Source of the DNA: an uncultured Opitutales bacterium
GTDB lineage: Bacteria; Verrucomicrobiota; Verrucomicrobiia; Opitutales; CAYWEO01
Assembly (NCBI GenBank): GCA_964457855.1
Contig: CAYWEO010000002.1
Coordinates: 9,015 to 73,014 of the forward strand
Length of the DNA: 64,000 nucleotides
Reading direction: 5' to 3'
Position 1 is the stretch's first letter. Each line of letters opens with the position of its first letter. Positions 17,906 through 28,241 of this stretch are shown here, one piece after another. Under the pieces are notes generated by a model that was not told where the DNA came from, did no database searches, and saw nothing but the letters and a program-made list of their open reading frames with translations. The position numbers and the translations under genes were made by a program.

Positions 17906-18376
17906 CTAGGATTTTAGGGTGAAGTTGGGGAATAAGTGGCGCTCTGAAATCCAGGACATGAGGTGGGATTCGTGAGTTTTCATGACGGTGTAGGCTGTTG
18001 GGGTGAGGTCTGCGAGGCCCGTGAGGTGGAGCCAACCGTGAAGGAGGTAGAGGGTGAGCTCGTGTGCGAGGGGGAGAGAATGTTGCTTGGCGACCGTGAT
18101 GGCGCAGTCGACGGAGACGCAAATTTCGCCGGCTATGGTGTTTTCGGGATCCGTTTCGGGATTATTTGGGAACGTGATGACGTCCGTTGGTGAGGGGTCA
18201 TTGAGGAAACGTTGGTGGAGTTCTGAAAGGGCGTGATCCGGCAGAAATGCGATGGATAGGGTGCCCTTTGGAGGAGCGTAATCAGGGAGCGTGTCGAGGG
18301 CACGAAATAACGTCTGAACGGATTTTTTTGAAAAACGGAGCGCTGGGTACGCATTAAAAACTTCGATCGTGCGCAT
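17906..18376 (-). CDS. ybeY: rRNA maturation endoribonuclease YbeY
   Basis: Metal-binding motif HGWLHLTGL. Start trimmed to ATG 18376 (MRTIEVFNAYP), giving 156 aa; the longer track ORF would overlap the upstream gene. Confidence 0.85.
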   Translation of the reverse strand: MRTIEVFNAYPALRFSKKSVQTLFRALDTLPDYAPPKGTLSIAFLPDHALSELHQRFLNDPSPTDVITFPNNPETDPENTIAGEICVSVDCAITVAKQHSLPLAHELTLYLLHGWLHLTGLADLTPTAYTVMKTHESHLMSWISERHLFPNFTLKS

Positions 18377-18408
18377 AAAATGCCAACCATTCTGCCCGCG
18401 AGAGCTTG

Positions 18409-20685
18409 TTACAGCGTAGGTAGAGCCGCTTGTTCTAATTCCTGCATTTTTGGGTAATGGATGCGCGAGTGTAGGGTATTCAAAAGCGTGAGGCAAAAAC
18501 TGCGTTGGATGATGTCAATTTCCTTGAGGGAAATTTGGCAGGAAGAGAGTTGCTGGTCGTGCATTTTCTCCTGGGTGATGGAATGGACGAGCTCTTCGAT
18601 GCTTTGGGACGAGACCTTTTTTAGCGTTCGGCTGGCGGCTTCGATGGCGTCCGCTAGCATGATAATGGCGGATTCCTTTGTCTGCGGTTTTGGGCCGTCG
18701 TAGCGGAAGATCGTTTCGTGCGAGGCATCCGTGTGCTGCTTAAGGGCTTTGTGGTAGAAATATTGGATGAGCGATGTTCCGTGATGTTGTTCAATGACGT
18801 CGATGATGGGGTCGGGGAGGCGAGCGGCTTTCGCGATGGCAACGCCTTCTTTGACGTGGCTTTTGATGATGAGGGCGCTCATGGAGGGATTTTGCTTCGT
18901 ATGGGGATTCTCCATTGAATCGACCTGATTTTCGATAAAATATTCTGGCTTAACGAGCTTCCCAATGTCGTGGAAGAGGGAGCAGCAGCGGCAAAAAAGG
19001 GGGTTCGCCTTGATTTCGAGGGCGGCCCGTTCGGCAAGACTGGCGACCATGAGGCTGTGATGGTACGTGCCGGGCGCGATGAGTTGCAGTTTTCGAAGGA
19101 GAGGGTGATTGTAATCGGTGAGTTCAAGAAGGGTAATGTCTGTCGTGTGGCGGAACAATCGTTCCAATAAGGGCAAAATTCCCGTCGTTAGGACGCCCGT
19201 AAGAATGCCCGTAAACAGAGCCGTTCCCATTTGTTCGCTGATGGTGGACAGCTGTAGATTATTTTGATTAATCAACGTTGAAATGAGTGTTATAACGGCC
19301 AAAATCGCTCCAGAAAGGGTTCCCGCCTTGATGATGTTTTCACGCAACTTCGTTCTCCTGGCGAAATAGACGACAGAAACGATGGGGAGAAATAGGATGA
19401 TAAAGAATTCAAACGTCGCGCTTTGCATGAGCGTGTTAAGCGCAGCCACCAGCAGGGATAGGATGAATCCCGTTGGCGTATCGACCATGATGGTGATAAT
19501 GAGGCTCCCCATGGCAATCGGCAGTGTGTAGGGGAGGATGGACAAAAGGGTGTCGTTTTGGCTGAAGAGATGGGTGTCTGTGAGTTGATGCAGGAGGCGG
19601 AAAGCAAGCAGATTGGCCATCAAAACAACGAAGGTCAACGAGGCAAGGCGTGGAGATGATTTAATTTTTGATTGCGTTAAATACACGCCAATGAATGCAC
19701 AAAGGAGCAGAATCGACGTTGAAAAAGCGCGTTGAAAAAAGAGGAGGTTAAAGCCCCAAATAAGGCTTTGGCGGCGTTGAAATTCCTGTCTGTAAGCGCT
19801 TAATTTCTCGTAATCTTCTTTGGAAACAATGGAGCCGACGTCGACGATTAAACTACCTTCTTCGATGTGAACGATCTGAGGATGTACGGATTGCGTGATA
19901 TTTTTGGTTTTTTCTGTCGTTTTTTGCTTATCGTAAACGAAATTGGGAGTGATGCCGGATTTGAAAATATGAATGATCGCGTTGATGGCTTCTTGCGGAA
20001 TATCTGCAGAACGCAGATTGGTTTTGAAGTCATGAATGGCCGACTTTTCTGATTTCATGAATAGCGGTTGGTCTTGTTGGTCAGAAGACAACCGAACGAA
20101 CGACGATGTATCGTGTCCTGAACCAATACCCTCTTGAACGATTTCTCTTAAAATAGAAAGGGCTTCAGAGAACGCGTTGGAAATTTGCGCCGGCTTCAAG
20201 CTGATCAAATGCAGGACGTCGCTTGTGGAGATGGAAAACTTGGGTGATTGGTACTTGTTGGTGATTTCAAAGACTTTCGGGTGGTTCGTTTTTTTGATAT
20301 TGAGGAGCGCCAGTTGTTCGAGATCTTTTTTGAGGGATAAGGCTGTTTGCTCGAATTGTTTGTGGTCTGAAAGATCGATTTTATAGCACGGATTGATGGT
20401 ATCTGTCTTTTGCTTGATGATTTCTTTTGTGCGGATTTTGCTTTCGTAGTTGAAGGGAAAGTCTGCGACGATGCGCTGTCTGGCTATTTGCTTGGGGAGC
20501 AAGATGGGAATGATGGGGGATTGCCCCACAAAGCAGATCAGGAGGATGCCCGCGTAGCATAGAAGGAATTGGAAAGCGACGGTAAATTGCTGTGCCGCCG
20601 GGATGGCATCCTGGTGGTTGTCTGAGAATTCCTTGCGTCTCTTGATGACTTCGGGGATTGCCTGTTTTTTAGAGAAAAATAACAT
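18409..20685 (-). CDS. 7TM-HD (HDIG) membrane phosphohydrolase, PgpH/YqfF-like
   Basis: 758 aa with an extracellular N-domain, a 7-TM block and a C-terminal HD domain (HHSLMVASLAE...LFHDIGKL). It sits directly upstream of ybeY, as in many bacteria. Confidence 0.85.
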   Translation of the reverse strand: MLFFSKKQAIPEVIKRRKEFSDNHQDAIPAAQQFTVAFQFLLCYAGILLICFVGQSPIIPILLPKQIARQRIVADFPFNYESKIRTKEIIKQKTDTINPCYKIDLSDHKQFEQTALSLKKDLEQLALLNIKKTNHPKVFEITNKYQSPKFSISTSDVLHLISLKPAQISNAFSEALSILREIVQEGIGSGHDTSSFVRLSSDQQDQPLFMKSEKSAIHDFKTNLRSADIPQEAINAIIHIFKSGITPNFVYDKQKTTEKTKNITQSVHPQIVHIEEGSLIVDVGSIVSKEDYEKLSAYRQEFQRRQSLIWGFNLLFFQRAFSTSILLLCAFIGVYLTQSKIKSSPRLASLTFVVLMANLLAFRLLHQLTDTHLFSQNDTLLSILPYTLPIAMGSLIITIMVDTPTGFILSLLVAALNTLMQSATFEFFIILFLPIVSVVYFARRTKLRENIIKAGTLSGAILAVITLISTLINQNNLQLSTISEQMGTALFTGILTGVLTTGILPLLERLFRHTTDITLLELTDYNHPLLRKLQLIAPGTYHHSLMVASLAERAALEIKANPLFCRCCSLFHDIGKLVKPEYFIENQVDSMENPHTKQNPSMSALIIKSHVKEGVAIAKAARLPDPIIDVIEQHHGTSLIQYFYHKALKQHTDASHETIFRYDGPKPQTKESAIIMLADAIEAASRTLKKVSSQSIEELVHSITQEKMHDQQLSSCQISLKEIDIIQRSFCLTLLNTLHSRIHYPKMQELEQAALPTL

Positions 20686-20694
20686 AAATGTCCT

Positions 20695-21201
20695 TTATGG
20701 TGTCGATATTGTCGGGGTGATCGACGAAAGCAGCGTCCAGAGGTGGTCAAGAGCTTGAGGAAGAACGCGTGTATCGCCAATGACGGGCATGAAATTAGTG
20801 TCGCCATTCCACCGCGGAACAATGTGGCAATGAAGGTGTTGCGCAATGCCCGCTCCGGCCGCAGATCCGATGTTAAAGCCGATGTTAAAACCGTCAGGAT
20901 GCATCGTCTTTTCGAGCATTTTCTGACCCTTGATGATGGAATCTAAAAAATCCGCGCGTTCTGGCTGCGTCAAATCTGTGAGTGAAGGAACCGTTTTGTA
21001 AGAAACAACGAGAAGGTGTCCGGCATTGTAGGGGTAGCGATTGAGGAGGATACAAGAAGAAACGTTGCGAAAAATGATCAATTTTTCGCGGTCATTTTCG
21101 CAAGTTTGAAGATCGGCAAACGGATTGTCTCGCTGGGCATCATTTTGTGTTTCCTTGCGTTGGATGTAATCGATTCTCCAATAAGCGTGCAGATGATCCA
21201 T
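20695..21201 (-). CDS. HIT-family protein (Ap4A phosphorylase/GalT-like branch)
   Basis: 168 aa with the histidine triad QHLHCHIVPRWNGDTNFMP. Confidence 0.8.
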   Translation of the reverse strand: MDHLHAYWRIDYIQRKETQNDAQRDNPFADLQTCENDREKLIIFRNVSSCILLNRYPYNAGHLLVVSYKTVPSLTDLTQPERADFLDSIIKGQKMLEKTMHPDGFNIGFNIGSAAGAGIAQHLHCHIVPRWNGDTNFMPVIGDTRVLPQALDHLWTLLSSITPTISTP

Positions 21202-21349
21202 GAAAGCTATCTAGCAGACTATATTGCAGTGTGGGGAGAGTTTGTCTATGAAAATTTGTATTTCTCCATTTTTTTCTGCAATAATGTGGAGAATTTTTTT
21301 AAAACTGCTTTTACTGATACACTAATGAGGCATGATAGGGGTTGGATGA

Positions 21350-23548
21350 ATGATCAATGAGGATGTCAAACAGTTAGAAGGAACGGTCGAAAGAATTGTC
21401 TTTTTCAACGAGGAAAATGGCTATTTCGTCGGGGAATTCAGGGTTAACGAAGGGAAGATAATCACCATCGTTGGCATTTTGCCTGCCGTGCACTGCGGAG
21501 AAACGTTAAGGATTAAGGGGAAATGGACCCGACATCCCGAGTACGGAGATCAATTTAAGGTTGAGGGAGTCGAATCTCAATTGCCCGCAACGGTTTATGG
21601 AATTAAAAAATACCTATCCAGTGGCCTGATTGATGGGGTAGGGAAGGGTTACGCCGACCGCATCGTGGATCATTTCGGCGAGGACACCTTTCGCGTTATC
21701 AGTGAGCAATCCGCCCGTTTGAAAGAAGTCCCTGGGATCGGAAAACAGAGGGCGCAAGCGATTAAAAAGTCGTGGGATCAGCAGAGAGTTGTGCGCGACA
21801 TCATGATTTTTTTCCAAACCTACGGGATTACGATTGGGCAGTGTTTACGTTTGCACAAAACCTACGGGGATCGTGCTTGCGAAGTGGTTAAGGCGAATCC
21901 CTACCGCATGGCTCGCGAAATCGACGGCATTGGTTTCAAAACGGCGGACAAAATCGCTTTAAACTTGGGATTTGCGAGCGATAGTCCCTTCCGCATTGAA
22001 GGCGGAATTTTGTTCGGAATGAGCGAGTTAGAGACGAATGGCCACACGTGTCTTGAATTGCAGGTTTTTATCGACTACGTTCTGGGTATTTTGGGTGTCG
22101 AGGAGGAAAAAATCAAGGAACGTCTGAAAGTTCTCATTGATGAGCGGCGTATTATCGATTTGGGGGATGGCAGGGTGCAAAGCGTGAATGCGTACTTGGC
22201 GGAGAGCCGGATCGGCGAGGACGTTTGCAGAATCTTGAAAGCGAAGTCACTTTTGCCACAATTTGACGTAGAATTGGCGCTGCAATGGGTGGAAAAGCGT
22301 CTCGGATTTGATTTGGCGATCGAACAGCGGGATTGGGTCCTCAAAGCCTTGCATTCCAAAATATCGATTCTAACGGGCGGTCCTGGTACGGGTAAAACCA
22401 CCGTTTTAAGGGTTCTGGCGTCGATTTTGCGAGCGAAGAAGGTCAACGTCGTTCTAACGGCTCCAACGGGTCGTGCGGCTCAACGAATGAAGGAGGCTAT
22501 TGGGTTTGAAGCGCGAACGGTTCACCGCTTGTTGAAACTGGAACCTGGTACGAGGCGTTTTTTCCACAACGAAGAGCGTCCGTTAACGGGTGACTTTTTC
22601 ATCGTCGATGAAGCGAGTATGTTGGACATTTATCTCATGAGTGCGTTGATAAAGGCAATCCCAAGCGAGGCCCATGTACTGTTCGTTGGAGACGTTTTCC
22701 AATTGCCGTCCGTGGGTCCTGGAAACGTTTTGAAGGATCTTATTGATTCGAAGTTGATGAACGTCAAATACTTAAAGCGCATTTACCGTCAAAGCGAGCG
22801 GAGTGGTATCATCGAAGTCGCCCACGGAATTCTGGAAGGGGCTCATCTCGTTCCCAACATGAGAGAGCGTATTGAGGATATCGATCCAGCAGGCGACGTG
22901 CATTTTATTAAGGAAATCGACCCGGCGAAATGCGTGGAGATTGTGAAGAAATTGTGCAACGATCAACTGACGCGATGGTACCTTTCGGATCCGATGGCGG
23001 ACGTGCAGGTTTTGGTTCCCATGCACAAAGGAACGGCGGGGATTAGTACGTTTAACGTTGAGCTCCAATCGGTTCTGAATAACCTATCGGCTGCTCAGGG
23101 ACCTGTGGACACGTGGCGCCAATTCCGTGTTGGGGACAGGATTTTGCAGCTCAAGAATAACTACGACAAAAACATCTTTAATGGCGATTTGGGGCGTATC
23201 TTATTCATTGACAAAGAAAAATCCCGCATGGTCATGGACTTTAACGGAGAAGAGGTTGCCTTGGAAGGAGTTGAATTGGAAGACGTCGGGCTTGCCTATG
23301 CAATGAGCATCCATAAATCCCAAGGGAGCGAATTCCCCATTGTTATCATTCCTCTGTTGAAGCAGCATTTCTTGTTGCTGCAGAGGAACTTACTCTACAC
23401 TGCCTTGACGCGTGGGCGGCATAAGGTCTTTTTTGTCGGAGATCCAGTTGCCTACCAAATGGCTGTTCGCAATGCGGAAAGTGTCTCTCGCGTAACGGGT
23501 TTGAAGGAACAGCTCCTGAAATTCGCGAAGATGTTTGGCTTAATTTAG
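21350..23548 (+). CDS. recD2: RecD2-like SF1B ATP-dependent DNA helicase
   Basis: 732 aa. Walker A GGPGTGKTT, DEASML, a helix-hairpin-helix-like region, and the C-terminal SIHKSQGSEF...LLYTALTRG. Confidence 0.9.
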   Translation: MINEDVKQLEGTVERIVFFNEENGYFVGEFRVNEGKIITIVGILPAVHCGETLRIKGKWTRHPEYGDQFKVEGVESQLPATVYGIKKYLSSGLIDGVGKGYADRIVDHFGEDTFRVISEQSARLKEVPGIGKQRAQAIKKSWDQQRVVRDIMIFFQTYGITIGQCLRLHKTYGDRACEVVKANPYRMAREIDGIGFKTADKIALNLGFASDSPFRIEGGILFGMSELETNGHTCLELQVFIDYVLGILGVEEEKIKERLKVLIDERRIIDLGDGRVQSVNAYLAESRIGEDVCRILKAKSLLPQFDVELALQWVEKRLGFDLAIEQRDWVLKALHSKISILTGGPGTGKTTVLRVLASILRAKKVNVVLTAPTGRAAQRMKEAIGFEARTVHRLLKLEPGTRRFFHNEERPLTGDFFIVDEASMLDIYLMSALIKAIPSEAHVLFVGDVFQLPSVGPGNVLKDLIDSKLMNVKYLKRIYRQSERSGIIEVAHGILEGAHLVPNMRERIEDIDPAGDVHFIKEIDPAKCVEIVKKLCNDQLTRWYLSDPMADVQVLVPMHKGTAGISTFNVELQSVLNNLSAAQGPVDTWRQFRVGDRILQLKNNYDKNIFNGDLGRILFIDKEKSRMVMDFNGEEVALEGVELEDVGLAYAMSIHKSQGSEFPIVIIPLLKQHFLLLQRNLLYTALTRGRHKVFFVGDPVAYQMAVRNAESVSRVTGLKEQLLKFAKMFGLI

Positions 23549-23914
23549 GCGGCGTAGCGATTTGTAATCGCTAGGGTTCGTTAAGACAGAGCCGATTTTG
23601 AGCGGCGAGTTCGTTGCGCATCGGATCTCGATCTCATCACGTACGTTAGTACGCTCAGAGATCTCGACCTCGTGCGCCTGCTCGTCGTCTCAAAATCGGC
23701 TCTGTCTGAAAAATTCCAACCCCGTCACGTACGTTAGTACGCTCGGGGGTTAAAATTTTTCCGTAGCCGTCCCTATCATCTCGAACTTACTACGCCGCCC
23801 CACCTTAAGCGAAGATAAATTCCCATTTTTTTGCTCAGCATGAGCAAAAAATAACGCTTTTCTTTTGAAGGTTCGGAAACTTCTTCTTTTCTCGGGAAAA
23901 GAAAAGTTTCCGAA
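23548..23914. repeat. repeat locus R8: FB-beta (23548-23799) with a complete FB-alpha nested in one arm (23585-23706), then an H2 variant (about 23824-23852) and H1 (23872-23914)
   Basis: Two apex motifs (CATCACGTACGTTAGTACGCTCAG and GTCACGTACGTTAGTACGCTCG). Inner perfect 18-bp arms GACAGAGCCGATTTTGAG/CTCAAAATCGGCTCTGTC. Outer arms GGCGGCGTAG/CTACGCCGCC. Confidence 0.9.
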
Positions 23915-25732
23915 TTATCTAAAGAATTTGGGTTCTATGTGCAGCCGTGCCTGCTTGGCGTACAAATCTTTTGTTTTGACGTCGCCTCTCCAGCGTTTGA
24001 CGTCGAAGAAGGTGACATAGAGCATGAGGGCGAGGAAGAGGAAGAGGAACGTCATCTGAATGGCGTTGATAAATTTTTCGTTTAAAGGGCGACGGATGAT
24101 GGCTTCGATTCCGGCGAAGAGGATGTGTCCGCCGTCGAGGATGGGGATGGGCAGGAGGTTGAGGATCGCAAGATTGACGTTGAGGACAATGACAAACCAG
24201 AATAACAGGCGGAACCCCTCTGTGGAGAATTTGTGGAGGGCTCGGATGATACCTGGGGGACCCATGAGCTGGTTAAGTTTGACATCAGAGTCTTTATTGA
24301 CGAGGCTTTTGAGGGTATTCCACGTCATGAGGAAGCTGTCTTGGCACTGCTTAAATGGGTTAACATGAACGATTTTCGTGGGTTGCGCGATCTGAACGCC
24401 GAGTAGAGCGATCTCTTGCGGTTTTTTGATCGAAAAAATGACATTGGAGAGTTGAAGCTCAACGACCGTATCGGATTTCGCGCGCTTAACGGTCAGAATA
24501 GACGATGGATGTTTTTGCAAACCGTTCATCATGTCCTGCAAAGAGCCGATTTTTTGGCGATTGAGGGAAACGATGCGATCACCTTCCTTAAGGGCGTCAA
24601 GGATCGAGCCAACCCCTTGGACGTCAAAAATTTGCAGCCAAGCATGCGTCTCGGGCTTGCTCAAATCCGACTTTGCCGTCGTTTTTTTCGTATCTGGCTG
24701 GACTGGAATGATTTCCGCGAAAGATTTTTGTTCTCCCTTCTGCCAAATTTTCACAACTGGGCGCGTATAGGGCACCATTTGCGGTGTGAGCAAAATGTTG
24801 AGGTCCTTTTCGCCACGCCGGACCAGTAATTGAATGGGGTCGGTGGGATGCTTTCTTACAATTTCTAGCAAGGTGAATAGGGAATACGCGGGGTTTCCGT
24901 TGAGCTCACAAATAATGTCTTTGGGGCGTATTCCTGCGAGGAAAGCGGGAGAATTTTCCATAATTTCGGCGACCTCGAGGGTCTGTTTCGGCCAAATTCC
25001 GATGAAACGGATGAGGTGGTTTGAAAAGGGACCTGTTTTCAGCAATTCCGGAAACACATCTACGTCCAACAACTGCCCCTTGCGTTCGATTTTAAACGTT
25101 ACCTTTGGCCTCGCATCGGGCGTGCGTCCGGCACTCATCATGATAGTTCGGTTAATTTCGCCAAAATTAGAAACCGTTACGCCATCGATACTTATAATGC
25201 GATCTCCTGCCATCAAACCCGCCGTAAATGCCGGGCTTGCAAACGGTTTTTGACTCTTGGAGTCCGTCACCGTTTCCTGTACGAACCCAATCACGGTCGT
25301 TCGCTCCTCTTCGGAAACCGGTTGGCCCACCATCCATAGAATGAACGCTAGTGCAAACGCAAATAGGCAGTTAAAGACCGCTCCCATCACGGAAACGATG
25401 AATTTGTCCCAAAATCCGGCCGGCGGAAGCGGGTGGGCGTCATCCAATTTTCCTCCCTCAATCGATTGCATATCAGCGACTTGTGGTATTGCAACATACC
25501 CACCAAGCGGAATCAACGATAGGCAGTATTCCACGCCGTTGCGTTCCCAAGTAAACAGTTTCGGTCCAAAACCGATCGAAAATCGAGTTACGCGGAGTCC
25601 TCTCTTACGTGCAGCCCAAAAGTGGCCCAATTCGTGGACTAAAATCGATCCGCAAAAGAAGATGATCACTAAAAAAATTGCCCACAAATTCGCAAACAAT
25701 GCGCTAAAAATGCCTAAATTCATAAATGCCAT
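23915..25732 (-). CDS. rseP: RIP site-2 zinc metalloprotease RseP, long multi-PDZ form
   Basis: HELGHFWAA (HExxH) in TM1 and a C-terminal LNLLPIPILDGGH motif. At 605 aa it has a longer PDZ region than the E. coli protein. Confidence 0.9.
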   Translation of the reverse strand: MAFMNLGIFSALFANLWAIFLVIIFFCGSILVHELGHFWAARKRGLRVTRFSIGFGPKLFTWERNGVEYCLSLIPLGGYVAIPQVADMQSIEGGKLDDAHPLPPAGFWDKFIVSVMGAVFNCLFAFALAFILWMVGQPVSEEERTTVIGFVQETVTDSKSQKPFASPAFTAGLMAGDRIISIDGVTVSNFGEINRTIMMSAGRTPDARPKVTFKIERKGQLLDVDVFPELLKTGPFSNHLIRFIGIWPKQTLEVAEIMENSPAFLAGIRPKDIICELNGNPAYSLFTLLEIVRKHPTDPIQLLVRRGEKDLNILLTPQMVPYTRPVVKIWQKGEQKSFAEIIPVQPDTKKTTAKSDLSKPETHAWLQIFDVQGVGSILDALKEGDRIVSLNRQKIGSLQDMMNGLQKHPSSILTVKRAKSDTVVELQLSNVIFSIKKPQEIALLGVQIAQPTKIVHVNPFKQCQDSFLMTWNTLKSLVNKDSDVKLNQLMGPPGIIRALHKFSTEGFRLLFWFVIVLNVNLAILNLLPIPILDGGHILFAGIEAIIRRPLNEKFINAIQMTFLFLFLALMLYVTFFDVKRWRGDVKTKDLYAKQARLHIEPKFFR

Positions 25733-26892
25733 TTATCTTGAACGAAAAACCTTGTTTGACAATCCCTATTTAACACTTCTTCAATTGTATCAACCGCTCC
25801 GCAATCCATGCCATCGAGCGCAGAAGCGATGATTTTCGGAATGTCCAAATATGCAATTTTGCGATTAAAAAAGGCTTCCACCGCCACCTCATTCGCCGCA
25901 TTGAACACCGCCGGAGCCGTACTACGCAAGTCCTTCGCTGCCTCGCGAGCCGATCGCAGACACGGGAAACGCCGAGTATCTTCCGGATAAAAATGCCAAT
26001 TCTGCGCACGTCTGAAATCGATCGTTCGCTCCAAAATTCTCCCACGCTCCGGATAAAATAAGCAATATTCGATCGGAAACACCATCGAAGGCGTCGCCAT
26101 TTGCCCTAAAATCGATCCGTCGCGAAACTGGACCATCGAGTGGATCATTTGCTCGGGATGCACGACAATGTCCACTTCTTCGGGCGTTTTGTCGAATAAA
26201 CAGCACGTTTCGATCAGTTCTAACCCTTTGTTGGCCATCGTCGCAGAATCTACGGTAATCTTTTTCCCCATCGAAAAATTGGGATGCTTCAACGCGTCTT
26301 CCACAGAAATGTTCTTGAACGCCTCTTCAGGCCAATTCCAAAACGGTCCGCCAGAAGCCGTCAAAAGGAGTTTTTCGACCCCTCGCCGTTCCTCTTCAGA
26401 ATTTCCCTGCAAGCACTGAAAAATGGCATTGAGTTCGCTATCGATCGGCAGCAATTGGCCTTTTCCGTTGCGCACTAAATCCATCACGAACTTCCCCGCA
26501 ACGACAAGCACTTCTTTACTCGCCAACGCCACCGTTTTGCCCAACTTCAGCGCCTCGATCGTCGCAAAAATCCCATGGATCCCCGGAATTGCCATCACCA
26601 CACAATCCACTTCCGCCAGCGTCGCAAGCTCACGTACTCCTTCAGCGCCCGCAACTACGTTAACTGACTCCGGTAGAAGGCTTTTCGCTTTAGCGTAAAG
26701 CTTTTCATCGAAAACCCCCGCGTGCGCGATCCCAAACTCCCTCGCAATCGCCCCCAACCCCTCGCAATCCCCCCCAACGACAGCCGCCACAAGCTCAAAA
26801 TCGTCAGGAAAAGCCCTCAGAACCCGCAACGTCGTCCCCCCAATCGACCCCGTTGCGCCGAATAATGCGATGCGTTTGCGTTTTTTGTTCAT
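25720..26892 (-). CDS. dxr: 1-deoxy-D-xylulose-5-phosphate reductoisomerase
   Basis: IALFGATGSIGGTTL NADPH-binding motif. Start trimmed to ATG 26892 (MNKKRKRIALFG) because 26911-26961 is the H3 repeat. It overlaps the rseP start by 13 nt. Confidence 0.9.
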   Translation of the reverse strand: MNKKRKRIALFGATGSIGGTTLRVLRAFPDDFELVAAVVGGDCEGLGAIAREFGIAHAGVFDEKLYAKAKSLLPESVNVVAGAEGVRELATLAEVDCVVMAIPGIHGIFATIEALKLGKTVALASKEVLVVAGKFVMDLVRNGKGQLLPIDSELNAIFQCLQGNSEEERRGVEKLLLTASGGPFWNWPEEAFKNISVEDALKHPNFSMGKKITVDSATMANKGLELIETCCLFDKTPEEVDIVVHPEQMIHSMVQFRDGSILGQMATPSMVFPIEYCLFYPERGRILERTIDFRRAQNWHFYPEDTRRFPCLRSAREAAKDLRSTAPAVFNAANEVAVEAFFNRKIAYLDIPKIIASALDGMDCGAVDTIEEVLNRDCQTRFFVQDKWHL

Positions 26893-26910
26893 AAATTGTG
26901 GTTTGTAAAT

Positions 26911-27037
26911 TTGGAGAACCATTTTTTTGCAAAAAATAGGTTCTCCAAACCTCTCCCCCAAAAACTCTTATTCGGAAGGCATTTCTTTTGAAGGTTCGGA
27001 AACTATTTCTTTTCTTCGGAAAAGAAAAGTTTCCGAA
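26911..27037 (-). repeat. repeat locus R9: reverse-order H3 (26911-26948), half H2 (26971-26983), H1 (26995-27037)
   Basis: TTGGAGAACCATTTTTTTGCAAAAAATAGGTTCTCCAA. H2 is cut to one arm. H1 is TTCGGAAACTATTTCTTTTC/GAAAAGAAAAGTTTCCGAA. Confidence 0.9.
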
Positions 27038-27077
27038 ATAACTTTTCCGATTCTTTGCCCAAAATCGCCCTGTCTCG

Positions 27078-28223
27078 CTAGGCGTCGCCGCAGGCGATAG
27101 CAAACGCCTCGAGTTTTTTGCGTTGGTCGGAGGTGAGTTTTTCGGGCACTTCGACAGCGACTTTGACGAGGAGGTCGCCCTCGTGTTGCGTTTTGAGATT
27201 GGGCATGCCATAACCCTTGAGGCGGAAAGTCGTGCCGGATTGAGTGCCGGGAGGGATCTTTAGGGTCATTTTGCCTTGGAGGGTGGGGATTTCGATGGAG
27301 CCTCCGAGGGTGGCGAGGGTGAATTTGATAGGTTGTTGGTAAAAGAGTTGATCGCCCTCGCGGTCAAAGAGTTCGTGCTCCTTGACGTTAATGACGACGT
27401 ACAAATCGCCTGCGGGACCGCCATGTGCGCCGCTTTCGCCATGTCCGGAAGAACGCAGTTTGGAGCCAGTATCAACGCCCGGTGGAATGCGCATTTTGAT
27501 CTTCGTGACTTCTTGAATGTGGCCAGTTCCGCCGCATTGTGTGCAGGGTTTTTCAATGATTTCGCCGGCTCCGTGACAGGTGGGGCAGGTTTGGGTCATG
27601 CTGAAGAATCCTCGGGAAGTCGTGACTTGGCCGCGGCCGTGGCACGTGGGGCACGTTTTGTGGGAGCTGCCGGGTTGAGCGCCGGTTCCGTGGCACGATG
27701 GGCAAGCGACGGCCCGCTTATACTGGATGTCTTTTTCGACACCCTTCGCGGCCTCCTCGAGGGTAACTTCTAAATCATAACGCAAATCAGATCCGCGCGG
27801 GGCTTGACTTCTTTGCGCGCTACGACCGCTGCCGCCATCGCTGAAAAAGCCGTCAAAGAAGCCGCCAGATCCGCCGAAAACTTCGCGAAAAATGTCAAAT
27901 GGATCGTGAAAATTGCCCCCCGCCCCAGTACCTGTGCCCATTCCGCCGCTTCCCCCGCCTCTTCGTTGAGCTCCCGGGTAGTTTTGGAAGCCGCCGGGTG
28001 CGAAGGCAGCGTGGCCGAATTTGTCGTAAGCGGTGCGTTTATCGGCGTCCTGTAAAACCTCGTAGGCTTCGGAAACTTTCTTGAATTTTTCCTCAGCAGC
28101 CTTATTTCCCGGGTTTTTATCTGGATGATGCTGAACGGCTTTCTTCCGATACGCTTTTTTAATTTCTTCCGCCGAGGCGTCCTTTTTAACGCCCAATAAA
28201 GTATAATAATCGTCCTTTTGCAT
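27078..28223 (-). CDS. dnaJ: molecular chaperone DnaJ
   Basis: J domain with HPD ([11 protein letters not shown]), a G/F-rich region and four CxxCxGxG zinc-finger repeats. Confidence 0.95.
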   Translation of the reverse strand: MQKDDYYTLLGVKKDASAEEIKKAYRKKAVQHHPDKNPGNKAAEEKFKKVSEAYEVLQDADKRTAYDKFGHAAFAPGGFQNYPGAQRRGGGSGGMGTGTGAGGNFHDPFDIFREVFGGSGGFFDGFFSDGGSGRSAQRSQAPRGSDLRYDLEVTLEEAAKGVEKDIQYKRAVACPSCHGTGAQPGSSHKTCPTCHGRGQVTTSRGFFSMTQTCPTCHGAGEIIEKPCTQCGGTGHIQEVTKIKMRIPPGVDTGSKLRSSGHGESGAHGGPAGDLYVVINVKEHELFDREGDQLFYQQPIKFTLATLGGSIEIPTLQGKMTLKIPPGTQSGTTFRLKGYGMPNLKTQHEGDLLVKVAVEVPEKLTSDQRKKLEAFAIACGDA

Positions 28224-28241
28224 AGGATTTTTTTTGAAAAA

